Shown piece by piece: positions 29,453 through 39,973 of a stretch of 64,000 bases of DNA (its first letter is position 1; every line of letters starts with the position of its first letter). The position numbers and the translations under genes are program-made. The notes beneath the pieces were generated by a model, which was given only the letters and a program-made list of their open reading frames with translations, was not told the DNA's origin and made no database searches. This DNA is from a virus. Location of the stretch: the IMG/VR virus record IMGVR_UViG_3300020731_000774, positions 13,734 to 77,733 of that record; one strand, 5' to 3'.

Positions 29453-29483
29453 AAAAAGGGTGCAATCAAGCACCCTTTTTTTT
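29453..29483. terminator. Bidirectional intrinsic terminator
   Basis: AAAAAGGGTGC-AATCAA-GCACCCTTTTT. Confidence 0.8.
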
Positions 29484-29690
29484 GAAACCATTTTCATGGT
29501 TTAATTTTTCTTTAAAATCTAAAAGAAATTGACATTTTTCATATTCTTCTTTTGTTTTAAAATATAATAACATTTCATCAATAAAATCAATTGTATATGG
29601 TTTTAGTTTTTCATCAAAAGGTTTATTATTTTTAATTCTACTGAAGCTATTATTGATTAAATAATCGTAACTATGTATTTTAATATCCAT
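29466..29690 (-). CDS. Small hypothetical protein (EEYEKC, UvrB/C-like helical motif)
   Basis: 74 aa, TAATG coupled. Confidence 0.55.
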   Translation of the reverse strand: MDIKIHSYDYLINNSFSRIKNNKPFDEKLKPYTIDFIDEMLLYFKTKEEYEKCQFLLDFKEKLNHENGFKKKGA

Positions 29691-30313
29691 TATTTGTCTT
29701 CTTTACTTAAGTGGTCTAGGAACTTTTTTTCATGATCTGAAAGGGTTTCATAACCCATTTCATTTATTTTATCTAATATTTCATTTAGATCTAATTTTCT
29801 TTCATTTTCAATAATTATTTTATCAACATCTGAATTAATATCATCTTGTTCTAATATATCATTGAAATTGAATTTTTCTTGTATTTCTGATAATTTATTT
29901 TGAAAATCAGTTTTGGAAATTGTATAACCCATTACTTCTATAGTATCATCTATGTCATTTGAATATATATTATATACCTCTTGTATAATTTCAGTTTTTA
30001 AGTCTATATCTATTAAGTCGGATGTATATAGGCATTTATCATCTTTAAATATGCAAAGCATTTGTTTATCTAGCATAAGAATAATTTTAACTTCTTTCCA
30101 GTCCTTTAATCTAGTGTCAATATATATTATATCATTAACTCTATTAATAAATTTTGTTTTACCAACTCTTAAATTATTTAAAATTTCGTTAAATTGATCA
30201 GAAACATCTTTAATTATTTTTTTATTTTGGAAATATTTTACACTTTTATTGAAAAAAGATGTAAATAAAATACCAAAAATAAATCCAAATCCTAATAAAT
30301 TAATTGTAGTCAT
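29690..30313 (-). CDS. Membrane-anchored protein with C-terminal DUF6576-like motif
   Basis: N-terminal TM segment; LNEILDKINEMGYETLSDHEKKFL. Confidence 0.65.
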   Translation of the reverse strand: MTTINLLGFGFIFGILFTSFFNKSVKYFQNKKIIKDVSDQFNEILNNLRVGKTKFINRVNDIIYIDTRLKDWKEVKIILMLDKQMLCIFKDDKCLYTSDLIDIDLKTEIIQEVYNIYSNDIDDTIEVMGYTISKTDFQNKLSEIQEKFNFNDILEQDDINSDVDKIIIENERKLDLNEILDKINEMGYETLSDHEKKFLDHLSKEDK

Positions 30314-30325
30314 ATTTTCCTATTT

Positions 30326-31510
30326 TTATATATTATATATATTTTTTCTTATTTTGATTAGTAAATCGTTAATAAAATCCATCTCAACTTTATCAGGTAG
30401 ATTAGAATTAGCGAATAATTCATCAATCTCTACCATTTCTTTCTCAACCTCATCAATTAAAGTTTGAAGATCTATTTCACCTCTTCTAATTGAGATTAAA
30501 TATTTAGCATCATCGCGTCTAACATTGATACCTTTACCTTCTGCGATCTCTCTTGCCATAGACATAAGGCGTTTGGAGTGCATCATATTCTTACCATCAA
30601 TTTTTTGACCGTGAGATTTAACATCGACCCATCTTGCTTCATTTTTATTTGCTAACCAATCTTCGTAAGATTTATAATCTTTACAATGTTCTGAATAACC
30701 ATCTTTATTATAAATAATGTTACAGATAGGTGTTTCGCCTTTTGGTATACTAGAAAGTCTTAATTGGTTTGATTCAGCAACATTTGAACCTTCACCGACT
30801 TTAATAATGCCCTTATATCCAAGACCAACAGCATCACCTTTTTCCTTGTAAATTTTCTTATTGTGTTCTCTATCTTCTACTGACTCAGATTCTGAAAAAC
30901 ACATGTGAGCCTTCAAATCATAATATACCGCATAAACATCTCTAGCGTTCGGTACATTTACAACGCCACAAAACTTTTCATCATATCTACCGTTGCTCCA
31001 TTTTTTCCAAGGAATAGATTTTGGTCCTTCAATAACATAAACAAAGTCAAGTACATCTTTACGAGTTACTTTATCTTTTTCCCAGTTTTGTTTTTTATTT
31101 TGACCTTTGGCTTTTTTAATTTGTTCGATTCCATAACCACCAAAAGATTTAGCACAAATTTTAGTGATAAATTTATCTCTATTATTTAGTACCTCATCAA
31201 AGATAGGATCTTTATAGATAATACAATCATCTGGTGTATTAAGTAATTCTAAAATATTTGGATTATTTGATGCTAATAGATCTAGAAATCTTCTTATCTC
31301 ATAGATAACTGTATCATTTTTTTCATCATTGATTTGTTCGGTGTAATTAAACCCAAGTATATCATCAATCTTTTGAATAAATACACCTGCGTAGTCAGTA
31401 TCTGAATTTTCAACATTAGTACCATATGCTTGTGATCCTCTAATAACTAGCAACAGGGGTTTGGCACCAGGTGATTTTTCTTGTATGAGTTTAAATAGTT
31501 GTTGTAGCAT
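30326..31510 (-). CDS. Pol-beta-superfamily nucleotidyltransferase (YcgL/RlaP-like)
   Basis: RGSQAYGT..SDTDYAGVF, NPNILELL, K.MMH..RL, IRRG. Confidence 0.8.
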   Translation of the reverse strand: MLQQLFKLIQEKSPGAKPLLLVIRGSQAYGTNVENSDTDYAGVFIQKIDDILGFNYTEQINDEKNDTVIYEIRRFLDLLASNNPNILELLNTPDDCIIYKDPIFDEVLNNRDKFITKICAKSFGGYGIEQIKKAKGQNKKQNWEKDKVTRKDVLDFVYVIEGPKSIPWKKWSNGRYDEKFCGVVNVPNARDVYAVYYDLKAHMCFSESESVEDREHNKKIYKEKGDAVGLGYKGIIKVGEGSNVAESNQLRLSSIPKGETPICNIIYNKDGYSEHCKDYKSYEDWLANKNEARWVDVKSHGQKIDGKNMMHSKRLMSMAREIAEGKGINVRRDDAKYLISIRRGEIDLQTLIDEVEKEMVEIDELFANSNLPDKVEMDFINDLLIKIRKNIYNI

Positions 31511-31531
31511 AGTTTAATAATTAATTATTTA

Positions 31532-31562
31532 CAAATATAGTAATTATTTACAAAAGACCAAA
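31532..31562 (-). promoter_or_regulatory. Bacteroidota sigma70 promoter TTTG-N19-TATATTTG
   Basis: Full -33/-7 consensus upstream of the nucleotidyltransferase. Confidence 0.65.
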
Positions 31563-31599
31563 GTAAAATTTAATATATAATAAAAAATAATAAAATTTT

Positions 31600-32601
31600 A
31601 TGCCAGGAACAGGTAGTTATATTGGTCCAAATGTTAATTCTGATTATATAGGTGATATTGGTACTTTACTTTCAGAGATAAAGGATAATTCTTCACAATT
31701 GATTAAACCTAAAGATGTTAGAGATTCTGTTTGGACGTTATGGAATAGAATTGATGATATTCAGATAATTGCTAGTCAATCAGCAACCTCATCAAATGCA
31801 GTTTACTATAGTAATAGTAATCCAACAACACAAACTGTTGGAGGTATTTCATTAGGTACATCATTTAGTGGTACATATTCTATTCAACAAATGTTTGATA
31901 TGTTATTATATCCATATGTTGCACCAATATCAAGTATATCAATTCCTATTAACAACCCTAGACAATTTGGTGGATCAACTTCTGTTAGTATTAACTGGGT
32001 TGCAACTAAAACTAAAAATAATATAACGAGTATTAAAGTTGATGGTTTGACTGTAGCACCAACTGGTAATACTCAAACTGGTGTTAAAACATCTGTTGGT
32101 ACTTATAGTCTTAATCCAGGTGTCCAAGAAGTTCAATCATTTACAATGTCAGTTGGTGATGGTACTTCAACTGTTACATCAACAACTACATTAGTTTGGC
32201 AAAATAAAATTTATTGGGGTAAAGTTGATTTAAGTACTTTATCTAATCCAAATCTAACAACTGATCCATCATATTCTAATTCTGTTGGTTCTTTTATAAG
32301 TGATAGTGTTATAAAATCATTAAATGGTGCAGGTGTATCACCTGGTTATGTGTTAACAAATACGTTTTCAAAAACATATGTGAATATAAATGGTGGGGGT
32401 ATGTATTTGGTATTTGCTTGGCCTAGTGTATTTGGAACTCCTAGTTTTGTTGTTAATGGGTTATTAAGTACAGCCTTTACAAAGGTTAGGGGTGTATCTA
32501 ATTTAAATTCATTTACAAATGAACTTGGTTTTACATCTAATTATGATGTGTGGGTTAGTAACACTGCTCAAAACTCACCACTTACAATAATAATAAGTTA
32601 A
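31600..32601 (+). CDS. Putative virion structural/fibre-associated protein
   Basis: S/T/G/N-rich beta protein; TTAATATATA upstream. Confidence 0.55.
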   Translation: MPGTGSYIGPNVNSDYIGDIGTLLSEIKDNSSQLIKPKDVRDSVWTLWNRIDDIQIIASQSATSSNAVYYSNSNPTTQTVGGISLGTSFSGTYSIQQMFDMLLYPYVAPISSISIPINNPRQFGGSTSVSINWVATKTKNNITSIKVDGLTVAPTGNTQTGVKTSVGTYSLNPGVQEVQSFTMSVGDGTSTVTSTTTLVWQNKIYWGKVDLSTLSNPNLTTDPSYSNSVGSFISDSVIKSLNGAGVSPGYVLTNTFSKTYVNINGGGMYLVFAWPSVFGTPSFVVNGLLSTAFTKVRGVSNLNSFTNELGFTSNYDVWVSNTAQNSPLTIIIS

Positions 32602-32615
32602 AATAAATATAAGAT

Positions 32616-33905
32616 ATGCAAAATACAGGAACTTTAATATCATCATCAATAAGACCAAATAATCCAAGTGATGCTATAGCAACCGTTTATGCTGTTGAAG
32701 CTAAAGGTGGTCATCATTCATATGCTTTATTAACTGATAGAGATTCAATTATTAAAGAAAGAAGAGAATGGGGTATGATTTGTAGTGTATACAATGATGT
32801 TAACCCATTGAATAATGGTACATATCAATTGAAATATGGTTATGTTGATTCTAATATAAATAATAATTTAAATTGGGTTAAATTCGTAACAGGTGGTTCA
32901 TCTACTAGTGGTGATACTTATTGGTTAGATCCAATTATATCAGTAGCTAGTGTTGAATATATCTCTCCTAGTGATGGAGATCGTTATTTATTGGGTGATT
33001 CTCCAAGTGGAGTTAATTGGGGAGTTTTAGTTAAAGGTGATATAGTTCAGTGGAATGCAACTAAGGGTATTTGGGTAGTAACTACACCAAAGGATGGTAT
33101 GTCAGTTAGAGTTAATAACCAAGATAATATAATATTTCGTTATGACTTAGGTAAGGGTTTTTGGGTAAAGGAGAAAGAGAATCAAATATTACCAATAAGT
33201 GCTGTTACTAGTGATGGTATTGTTTTCACATCTACTTGTGATAATTTATTTACATATCAACTTGATACGATATATATTGTTCAATTTTCTACTACTAATA
33301 ATAGTACTACATTAACATTGAATATAAATGGATTAGGTGCTAAAACTTTGAAAAATCAGAGTAGTGCAGGTTTGGGTGATTTTGTAAAAGGTGAGATTAA
33401 TCCTAATGTTTTGTATAATATTCAATATGATGGTACTTATTTTAGATTAACTAAACCTAGTAGTGATCCGACATTAGTTCGTTATAATATAAGATCAAAT
33501 GAAACCGTTATAGTTCCAGCATATCAGGAGTATTTAGTTTATGGTGACATGGTAGTTAATGGTAATTTGAATATAGATAATAATGGTAAAGTTGTTGTTA
33601 TTAATGGTTCGTTTAATGTTGGTGTTGGTGGGACTGTATCAAATTATGGTAATGTTCAATTATTGAATATTCCATTGGGGACAGGTAGTGGTCTAGTTAG
33701 TAAATATTCTGTTAGTATTTCATTGGTTTCTAATACTCCATATACACTTACACATAATCTTAATTCATTAAGTGTTGGTGTTACATGTTGGAATGATAGT
33801 ACACAAAATATGTTTTATCCATCTATAAGTAGAAATGGTTCTAATAGTGTTGTGATTACTTCTACTAGTTCAGTATCAAGTGCTACTATAGTTGTTATGG
33901 GTTAG
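32616..33905 (+). CDS. Putative tail fibre protein (DUF2793-like segment)
   Basis: SPSDGDRYLL..W..GDIVQW..W..PKDGM, TLNINGLGAK and THNLNS fibre motifs. Confidence 0.6.
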   Translation: MQNTGTLISSSIRPNNPSDAIATVYAVEAKGGHHSYALLTDRDSIIKERREWGMICSVYNDVNPLNNGTYQLKYGYVDSNINNNLNWVKFVTGGSSTSGDTYWLDPIISVASVEYISPSDGDRYLLGDSPSGVNWGVLVKGDIVQWNATKGIWVVTTPKDGMSVRVNNQDNIIFRYDLGKGFWVKEKENQILPISAVTSDGIVFTSTCDNLFTYQLDTIYIVQFSTTNNSTTLTLNINGLGAKTLKNQSSAGLGDFVKGEINPNVLYNIQYDGTYFRLTKPSSDPTLVRYNIRSNETVIVPAYQEYLVYGDMVVNGNLNIDNNGKVVVINGSFNVGVGGTVSNYGNVQLLNIPLGTGSGLVSKYSVSISLVSNTPYTLTHNLNSLSVGVTCWNDSTQNMFYPSISRNGSNSVVITSTSSVSSATIVVMG

Positions 33906-34177
33906 AAATTTAAAATTGTTTCTATATTTTCTAAATTAAAACCATCTAGTGGTTTACCACCATTTTTAAGATAGTTTTGATACATATCATTATAATCATC
34001 TTCTGAATAAAATTTATTATCAGATGCTAGTATAACATCAGTATCATGATAATTTATTGTATTTGGGCTTTTCTGTGTACCATATGATGGTCCAAAATAA
34101 CTGAAGTTTGGATTTGTGGGTATTTCAGTACCTGATATGGATTCTTTTACAAATTTATTAAATCTTTTAATCTTCAT
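33902..34177 (-). CDS. Small late protein
   Basis: MKIKRFNKFVKES N-terminal motif. Confidence 0.6.
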   Translation of the reverse strand: MKIKRFNKFVKESISGTEIPTNPNFSYFGPSYGTQKSPNTINYHDTDVILASDNKFYSEDDYNDMYQNYLKNGGKPLDGFNLENIETILNF

Positions 34178-34643
34178 TATTATTGGCTTCTATTTTTTCG
34201 AAATATTCATCTTGTATTTCAAGTGAATAACTTTTTTTCCCTATATTATAAATTAAATTGTATAAATATTTATCTTCTAGATAATGTTTTTCATTTCCCC
34301 TCATGTATATTATAGCTTTATCATCTTCAAAATCATTTTCAATATTTAGTATTTCTAATCTAAATGCACCATCTTGATCTTCCAGATTGCATATTATTTT
34401 TATGTTTGATTTTAATAATTCTTTAATTTTAGATGATGTTGTATTTTTTGATAATAGCATATAATCATTTAAAATATCATTTTTAGTTGCTTCGTATAGG
34501 TCAATAAAATTCTTTTCCCTTTCAGAGAGTTTCTTCTTTTTATTAATCTTTGTAAGAATTCTATCTAATTCTATATCCTTTAAAGACTCACCTAGAAGAT
34601 AATATTTAATTATTTTTTTAATTTTCATATTTTCTGTTAACAT
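34167..34643 (-). CDS. Hypothetical protein (degenerate DUF6576-like motif); start may be 34628
   Basis: LDRILTKINKKKKLSEREKNFI; late motif overlaps the 34643 ATG. Confidence 0.6.
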   Translation of the reverse strand: MLTENMKIKKIIKYYLLGESLKDIELDRILTKINKKKKLSEREKNFIDLYEATKNDILNDYMLLSKNTTSSKIKELLKSNIKIICNLEDQDGAFRLEILNIENDFEDDKAIIYMRGNEKHYLEDKYLYNLIYNIGKKSYSLEIQDEYFEKIEANNNED

Positions 34644-34697
34644 ATATATTAAGAAGTATAATCGTTTTTTATATATACTATGTAAAAATTATATTAA

Positions 34698-37600
34698 ATG
34701 ATGGATAAGAAGTTACTAGATGCTCTCAATAATTTATCACTTGCACTGAGTGAGATATCAGATGCATTGAAAAAAGATGATAAGGCGAAGAAATCAGCAA
34801 CTACACAGGCACTTCAGGGTGGTAATTTTATTAAAGAAATTAAAGAAATTAATATTGGTGTAAAAGCTCTGCAGAGAGATACTAAGGCAATATTAAAAAA
34901 TCAACAAACTATAATAGAACTTTCTAAAAGTAGAGGTGATAATAAATCAACATTTGAAAAAGTTGGTGGTAGTAAAAAGCAAGAAAATGATATCAAAAAA
35001 GGTGTTGGTACAATACTTCTAATAGCTGTTGCTGTTCTTGCAATTGGAATGGCTTTTAAATTGGTTGGTGGTATTAATTTTTTATCTGTTATAGGCTTGT
35101 CAATTGCTATGTTTATACTTGCACAGACATTTGAAAAGATTGGAGCATTAAAGTTAACTATGAAACAAGCATTGGTTGCATCAGCAACTATGGTTTTAAT
35201 ATCAATTGCTGTTACTTTATCATCTTGGGTATTACAAGCAATTCAACCTATTACATTTCCACAAGCAGTGACAGGTATATTAATAGCTGGTATGTTTTTG
35301 GTTATATCGTATAATTTAGATAAAATTGCAAAGGGTGTAGCAGCTTTTGATAAAGCAAATGTTAAGCCTAGTGATTTATTAATGTGTTTGGTTGGAGTAG
35401 CTGTTGCAATTACTTTATCATCTTGGGCATTGGCATTTATAGTACCGATGACATTGGGTCAGGCTATAACTGGTATTTTGATAAGTGCTATGTTTATGAT
35501 TATATCATATAATTTAGATAAAATTGCAATGGGTGTTGTTGCATTTGATAAAGCTAATGTTAAACCAAAAGATCTATTGATGTGTTTAGTTGGTATAGCA
35601 GTTGCAATTACTGCTTCATCTTGGGTATTATCATTAATCAAACCACTAGACTTACCTACATTTATTACAGCTTTGGGTATAGCTCTTTTATTTGGATTAA
35701 TGTCATATGTTATGCCTGAGATGGCAATTGGTATAGTGATAATGGATAAAACTATTGGTTCTAAAAAAATGTTAGCTGTTGTTCCATTAGTATTCGTTGC
35801 TATTTCATTGGCTATAATGTTATCATCACACATATTAGCAATGAGTAAACCGATAGAGTTTGGTTTATTACTAAAGATAGCTGTTTTTGGTGTTGTTTTA
35901 GGTCTTTGTTTATTGGCTGTTTTGCCAGCTGTTTTGGGTGTTGGTATAGTTGCTGCTAGTGGTGTTGGTATGGCTGCTATTGGTTTGGGTGTTATTGCTA
36001 TACCTCTTATTGCTGGTGCAATTGCAATATCATCTAATATTTTAGCAATGGGAACATATAAAAAATATCCTGGTTTAGGTTGGGCAGTTTCAGTAGGATT
36101 GACTATGATTGGTTTTGGTGCTGCTGTTCTTGCATTGGGTACTATAGCTGTTACTGGTATTGGTGCAGTTGCAATAGTAGCTGGTGCATTATTAGTTCCA
36201 TTAATTGCAAAATCAATTGTTGATAGTGATGATATAATATCCAAAGGTAAATATGATAAATATCCTGGTTTAGGTTGGGTTTTGAGTGTTGGTTCTACTA
36301 TGTTGGGATTTGGATTGGCTGTTGTTGCTTTGGGTGCATTAGCAGTTACTGGTATCGGAGCAGTTGCAATTTTTGTTGGTACTAAAATGATACCAATGGT
36401 TGCACAATCAATTGTTGATGTTGATAGAATAATATCCAAGGGTAAATATGATAAATATCCTGGTTGGGAATGGGCATTGAGTGTTGGTGGGTTGATGACA
36501 GGTTTTGGATTAGCTGTTATTACATTAGGAACATATGTTGTTGGTACTTTGGGTTTAGGTGGTCTAGCCATCAAAGCAGGTGCTAATGCTGTTAGAACTA
36601 TTGCACATTCAATTGTTGATGTTGCATGGATATTTAAAGCTTCATCGAATGCCTTTACAGGTGGTCCGAAAAAAGAATGGGCTGAGGGTGTTTCATTGGC
36701 AATAGGTGCTTTTGCACCTATTTATAAGATGATGATGAGAGGTGGTATAGTTAGTTTATTTATGGGTAGTGGTCCGAGTGTTGGTGCATTTACTGATGCT
36801 ATACGTACTATATCACAAGGAATAGTTGATGCTGCATTATTTTTCCAAGCTGGTAAAGTTGCTTTTACTGGTGGTCCTAGTAAAGAATGGGCTGAGGGTG
36901 TTGGTAATGCAATTGGTGCTTTTGCACCAGTTTATAAAATATTATCTGATGAGAGTGGTATTTTCGGTACAGGTGTTGGTATTGAAGAATTTAAAAATGC
37001 TATAATGACTATATCACATGGTATAGTTGCATCTGCTGGTATTTTTGCGATGAGTAAGGTTGGGTTTAATGAAGGAACTTATCCAACTAAAGAGTGGAGT
37101 GTTGGTGTTGGTAATGCTCTTTCTGCATTCTCACCTGTTTTCAAGGCACTTAGTGGTAAAGGTTGGTTTGAGAGTGGTAAGGAAGCTATTGGTGATATGG
37201 TTTATGGTGTTAAACAAATGGCATATGCTATTGTTAAAGTTGGTCGTATATTCTCATTATCAAAAGTAAATTGGGATCCTAAAAATATGCCTGATAAAAA
37301 TTGGGGAGTTAGTGTATTAAATTCATTTAAATATTTTAGTAGATTACAGAATATGGTTGCTGATTCTGATGTTGGTTTCTTGAATAGGGATCTTATTATT
37401 AAAAGTGCTAAAGGTATGGTTAATTTTGCAAAAGAATTGCAAAAGGGAGTGGATGCTTTTCAAATAAAAATTGATCCAAATTTCATGAAAAATATGTCAT
37501 CTAATATTTATTATTATATGACACTTGCTAATAAATTAAATAGTGGTAATGGTTTGAAAAGTTTGGTTAAGGGTGCTGTTTTTGGTGATCCAATGACAAA

Positions 37601-38021
37601 TATAGCTAGTAGTATGACTAAGTTAGCAATAGCTTATGATAAAATGGGTAATTCATTAATGAAGTTTAATAAAGCTGTTAATTCGTTGGATGAGAAGAAA
37701 ATAAGTGCTTTTAAAGGTCTTAATAGTAATATGATTAATAGAGTTATTAAGAATTCGGATAGTAATGTTAATAACACAAATCCCAATGCTTCTAATATCG
37801 GATTAGTTGGTGGTGCTATTGGAAATTTGACATCTATTGCAGTGCCTGGTGATAAGAGAAAAGATGGTGGTAAAAAGGAATCTAGGGGTAAGCATGGTAC
37901 AACTAATGAACAAAATGATAAAATGATAGATTTGTTATATAAACTTATTCATAATACAGGTTATCTTGATAAATATTTGAAAGAGAAATTGAATGGTGAT
38001 GATGGAAATAATACTTATTAA
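34698..38021 (+). CDS. Tape-measure-like protein with hydrophobic 65-70-aa repeats
   Basis: 1107 aa, Ala/Gly/Ile-rich; YNLDKIA repeat 198 nt apart, KYPG repeats 195 nt apart, GGPxKEWAEGV 210 nt apart. Confidence 0.6.
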   Translation: MMDKKLLDALNNLSLALSEISDALKKDDKAKKSATTQALQGGNFIKEIKEINIGVKALQRDTKAILKNQQTIIELSKSRGDNKSTFEKVGGSKKQENDIKKGVGTILLIAVAVLAIGMAFKLVGGINFLSVIGLSIAMFILAQTFEKIGALKLTMKQALVASATMVLISIAVTLSSWVLQAIQPITFPQAVTGILIAGMFLVISYNLDKIAKGVAAFDKANVKPSDLLMCLVGVAVAITLSSWALAFIVPMTLGQAITGILISAMFMIISYNLDKIAMGVVAFDKANVKPKDLLMCLVGIAVAITASSWVLSLIKPLDLPTFITALGIALLFGLMSYVMPEMAIGIVIMDKTIGSKKMLAVVPLVFVAISLAIMLSSHILAMSKPIEFGLLLKIAVFGVVLGLCLLAVLPAVLGVGIVAASGVGMAAIGLGVIAIPLIAGAIAISSNILAMGTYKKYPGLGWAVSVGLTMIGFGAAVLALGTIAVTGIGAVAIVAGALLVPLIAKSIVDSDDIISKGKYDKYPGLGWVLSVGSTMLGFGLAVVALGALAVTGIGAVAIFVGTKMIPMVAQSIVDVDRIISKGKYDKYPGWEWALSVGGLMTGFGLAVITLGTYVVGTLGLGGLAIKAGANAVRTIAHSIVDVAWIFKASSNAFTGGPKKEWAEGVSLAIGAFAPIYKMMMRGGIVSLFMGSGPSVGAFTDAIRTISQGIVDAALFFQAGKVAFTGGPSKEWAEGVGNAIGAFAPVYKILSDESGIFGTGVGIEEFKNAIMTISHGIVASAGIFAMSKVGFNEGTYPTKEWSVGVGNALSAFSPVFKALSGKGWFESGKEAIGDMVYGVKQMAYAIVKVGRIFSLSKVNWDPKNMPDKNWGVSVLNSFKYFSRLQNMVADSDVGFLNRDLIIKSAKGMVNFAKELQKGVDAFQIKIDPNFMKNMSSNIYYYMTLANKLNSGNGLKSLVKGAVFGDPMTNIASSMTKLAIAYDKMGNSLMKFNKAVNSLDEKKISAFKGLNSNMINRVIKNSDSNVNNTNPNASNIGLVGGAIGNLTSIAVPGDKRKDGGKKESRGKHGTTNEQNDKMIDLLYKLIHNTGYLDKYLKEKLNGDDGNNTY

Positions 38022-38057
38022 GTATAAACTTTAACTATTATATGTCATATAACTTTT

Positions 38058-38495
38058 ATGAATAAAAATATATCTTTCCTTAAAAAACTTAAAATGTATT
38101 CTCAGTTCAAAAAAATGATAAAGGAGAATAGATTAGAATTAGAAAATAGATTCAATTTGAGAATTGATGAAGCTAATCGTTTATATACTGTTATAAATGT
38201 GCCACCTGATGTAGTTGGTGAGGCATACTCTTTGAAAAAATCAGATATTGATAGAATTGCTGAGAATTTCATAAAGGAATATTCTAGTGAATTGGGTATC
38301 TTTTTGAATTCAAAGGGTCTTAATGAATTGTATGATTTTTATGATTTAAAAAAGGTTGATAAATATTCATATTTAGTAGTGGTTGGATTTTCAATGTTTA
38401 GATCTGATGAACGTAGAGCACGTATATTTAAAATATGGATACCTATTATTTCAGCATTAGTTATTCTAGGAACTTTATTTTTCACTTTAAGATAA
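38058..38495 (+). CDS. Hypothetical protein with C-terminal TM helix
   Basis: AAAC-N17-ATATAA at 38026-38052. Confidence 0.6.
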   Translation: MNKNISFLKKLKMYSQFKKMIKENRLELENRFNLRIDEANRLYTVINVPPDVVGEAYSLKKSDIDRIAENFIKEYSSELGIFLNSKGLNELYDFYDLKKVDKYSYLVVVGFSMFRSDERRARIFKIWIPIISALVILGTLFFTLR

Positions 38496-38543
38496 ACTTT
38501 TTAAACAATATACATTATAAATTAAAACTAATATTTAAAAATT

Positions 38544-38990
38544 ATGGCAAAAGAAACAAAAGAAACGTTTTATGAGTTAGATGAAACAACAGAGGAATTA
38601 TTTATGGAAGTTTTTAATAAAAAAACTATTCCAGTTAACCTTAAATTCCTTTTTATTGGTAATTCTAAACAAAAACAATTGGTTAAAGTTAAAAAAATTG
38701 CAGATGATTATGCATTCGCACTTGGTAAAGAGTTAATGATCTCAATAAATGAAGATTTATTGAATGTTTTTGATGATGAATCTGTTACAATTCTAATTGA
38801 ACAAGAAATTGATAAGATCACCGTTAATATGGAAAGTGGTAAAATTAAATTAGTAGGAACTGATTTGAATACATTCTCTTCTATTGTAAATAAATATGGT
38901 GTGGATAAGGTTAGTCGTGCAAATGCTGTTGAAATCTTATATGTAGAGCAACAACAAGATGCAAAAACTGATGAGGAATTTATTATTTAA
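38544..38990 (+). CDS. Hypothetical protein (possibly degenerate phage metallopeptidase fold)
   Basis: ISINED..ILIEQEIDKI resembles the family but lacks HExxH. Confidence 0.45.
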   Translation: MAKETKETFYELDETTEELFMEVFNKKTIPVNLKFLFIGNSKQKQLVKVKKIADDYAFALGKELMISINEDLLNVFDDESVTILIEQEIDKITVNMESGKIKLVGTDLNTFSSIVNKYGVDKVSRANAVEILYVEQQQDAKTDEEFII

Positions 38991-38995
38991 TTATT

Positions 38996-39235
38996 ATGAT
39001 AAGAAATAGATATATAAATGCTTTACGAAAAAAGTATGAAGCAGAAATGGCAGAAGCTGAGGCTAATTTAGGATTATATTTATCTAGTAGTAACTTAGCT
39101 GCAATTGGTGAACATTCTGATTTAATGGAGGAGCAAGATAAGTGGATTGAAAAATACACAAATGCAAAAGATAAATTAGAAACATTGAATTCTCTAAATT
39201 TCAGAGATGATTCAAATGAAAAAATAAACAGCTAG
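38996..39235 (+). CDS. Small coiled-coil phage protein
   Basis: AEANL..Y...AIGEHSDL motif common in T4-like phages. Confidence 0.6.
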   Translation: MIRNRYINALRKKYEAEMAEAEANLGLYLSSSNLAAIGEHSDLMEEQDKWIEKYTNAKDKLETLNSLNFRDDSNEKINS

Positions 39236-39261
39236 TCTGTATAAAAATAAAATAAAAATAT

Positions 39262-39942
39262 ATGTCAAATATACAAACAAATGTAGTAAAACCAGAAGTT
39301 AAGATTACTCTTAACGATAAAGATTATTTCTTATTTGCTGAAGGTGATGAGAATATCTTAGAAAATAATGTATCTAACATTGAAAATTTCATCAAACAAG
39401 ATGGTAAAGGTAAATCTGAGGATGTTAAAAATCAACTTTATGCTGATGCTCAAAATTTATGGAGAGAATATGCTGATTCAATGAAAACTGTTAAATATAA
39501 TTTTCATTTGAATAGACCACAATGGAAATTCTTAACTGATCTTTTATTATCTAAATTAGAATATGATGTTAATACTGTTTTCTTTGCTATTGAATTAACT
39601 CATTTATTGGGATCAATGAGAGAAACTAGTAAATATACAAATGATACTGATTTGCAAGCATTTCCAGTGACTGCAACTGAAATCACTTATATTTACCATT
39701 TGATTTCTAATCATAAAATTAAAGGATTGACAAAAGATGCTTTCTTATTTAGTGAAGTATTAGTTAGAATTGGTAATATTAGTAAAGTTCTTAACTATTA
39801 TGATGCTCTTGGGAAAAGTTTATCAAGTGATATCCAAGATTGGGTTGCAGCTTTTGAAGATGGTGTAACAATTGAAGGTAGAGAGACTGAAACTGTTAAT
39901 GGTGAGGTTTTAGAACCAGAAAATACAGAAAGTGCTAATTAA
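39262..39942 (+). CDS. Hypothetical protein
   Basis: 226 aa with highly expressed-type codon usage; terminator hairpin at 39929-39955. Confidence 0.65.
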   Translation: MSNIQTNVVKPEVKITLNDKDYFLFAEGDENILENNVSNIENFIKQDGKGKSEDVKNQLYADAQNLWREYADSMKTVKYNFHLNRPQWKFLTDLLLSKLEYDVNTVFFAIELTHLLGSMRETSKYTNDTDLQAFPVTATEITYIYHLISNHKIKGLTKDAFLFSEVLVRIGNISKVLNYYDALGKSLSSDIQDWVAAFEDGVTIEGRETETVNGEVLEPENTESAN

Positions 39943-39973
39943 TTAGCACTTTTTTAAATTATATAGTAGTTAG

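Noticed and set aside
35459-36574. 371-aa antisense ORF inside the tape-measure-like gene
   Set aside because: Shadow of GGT/GCT/GTT/ATT-rich repeat codons; no promoter or recognisable motif.
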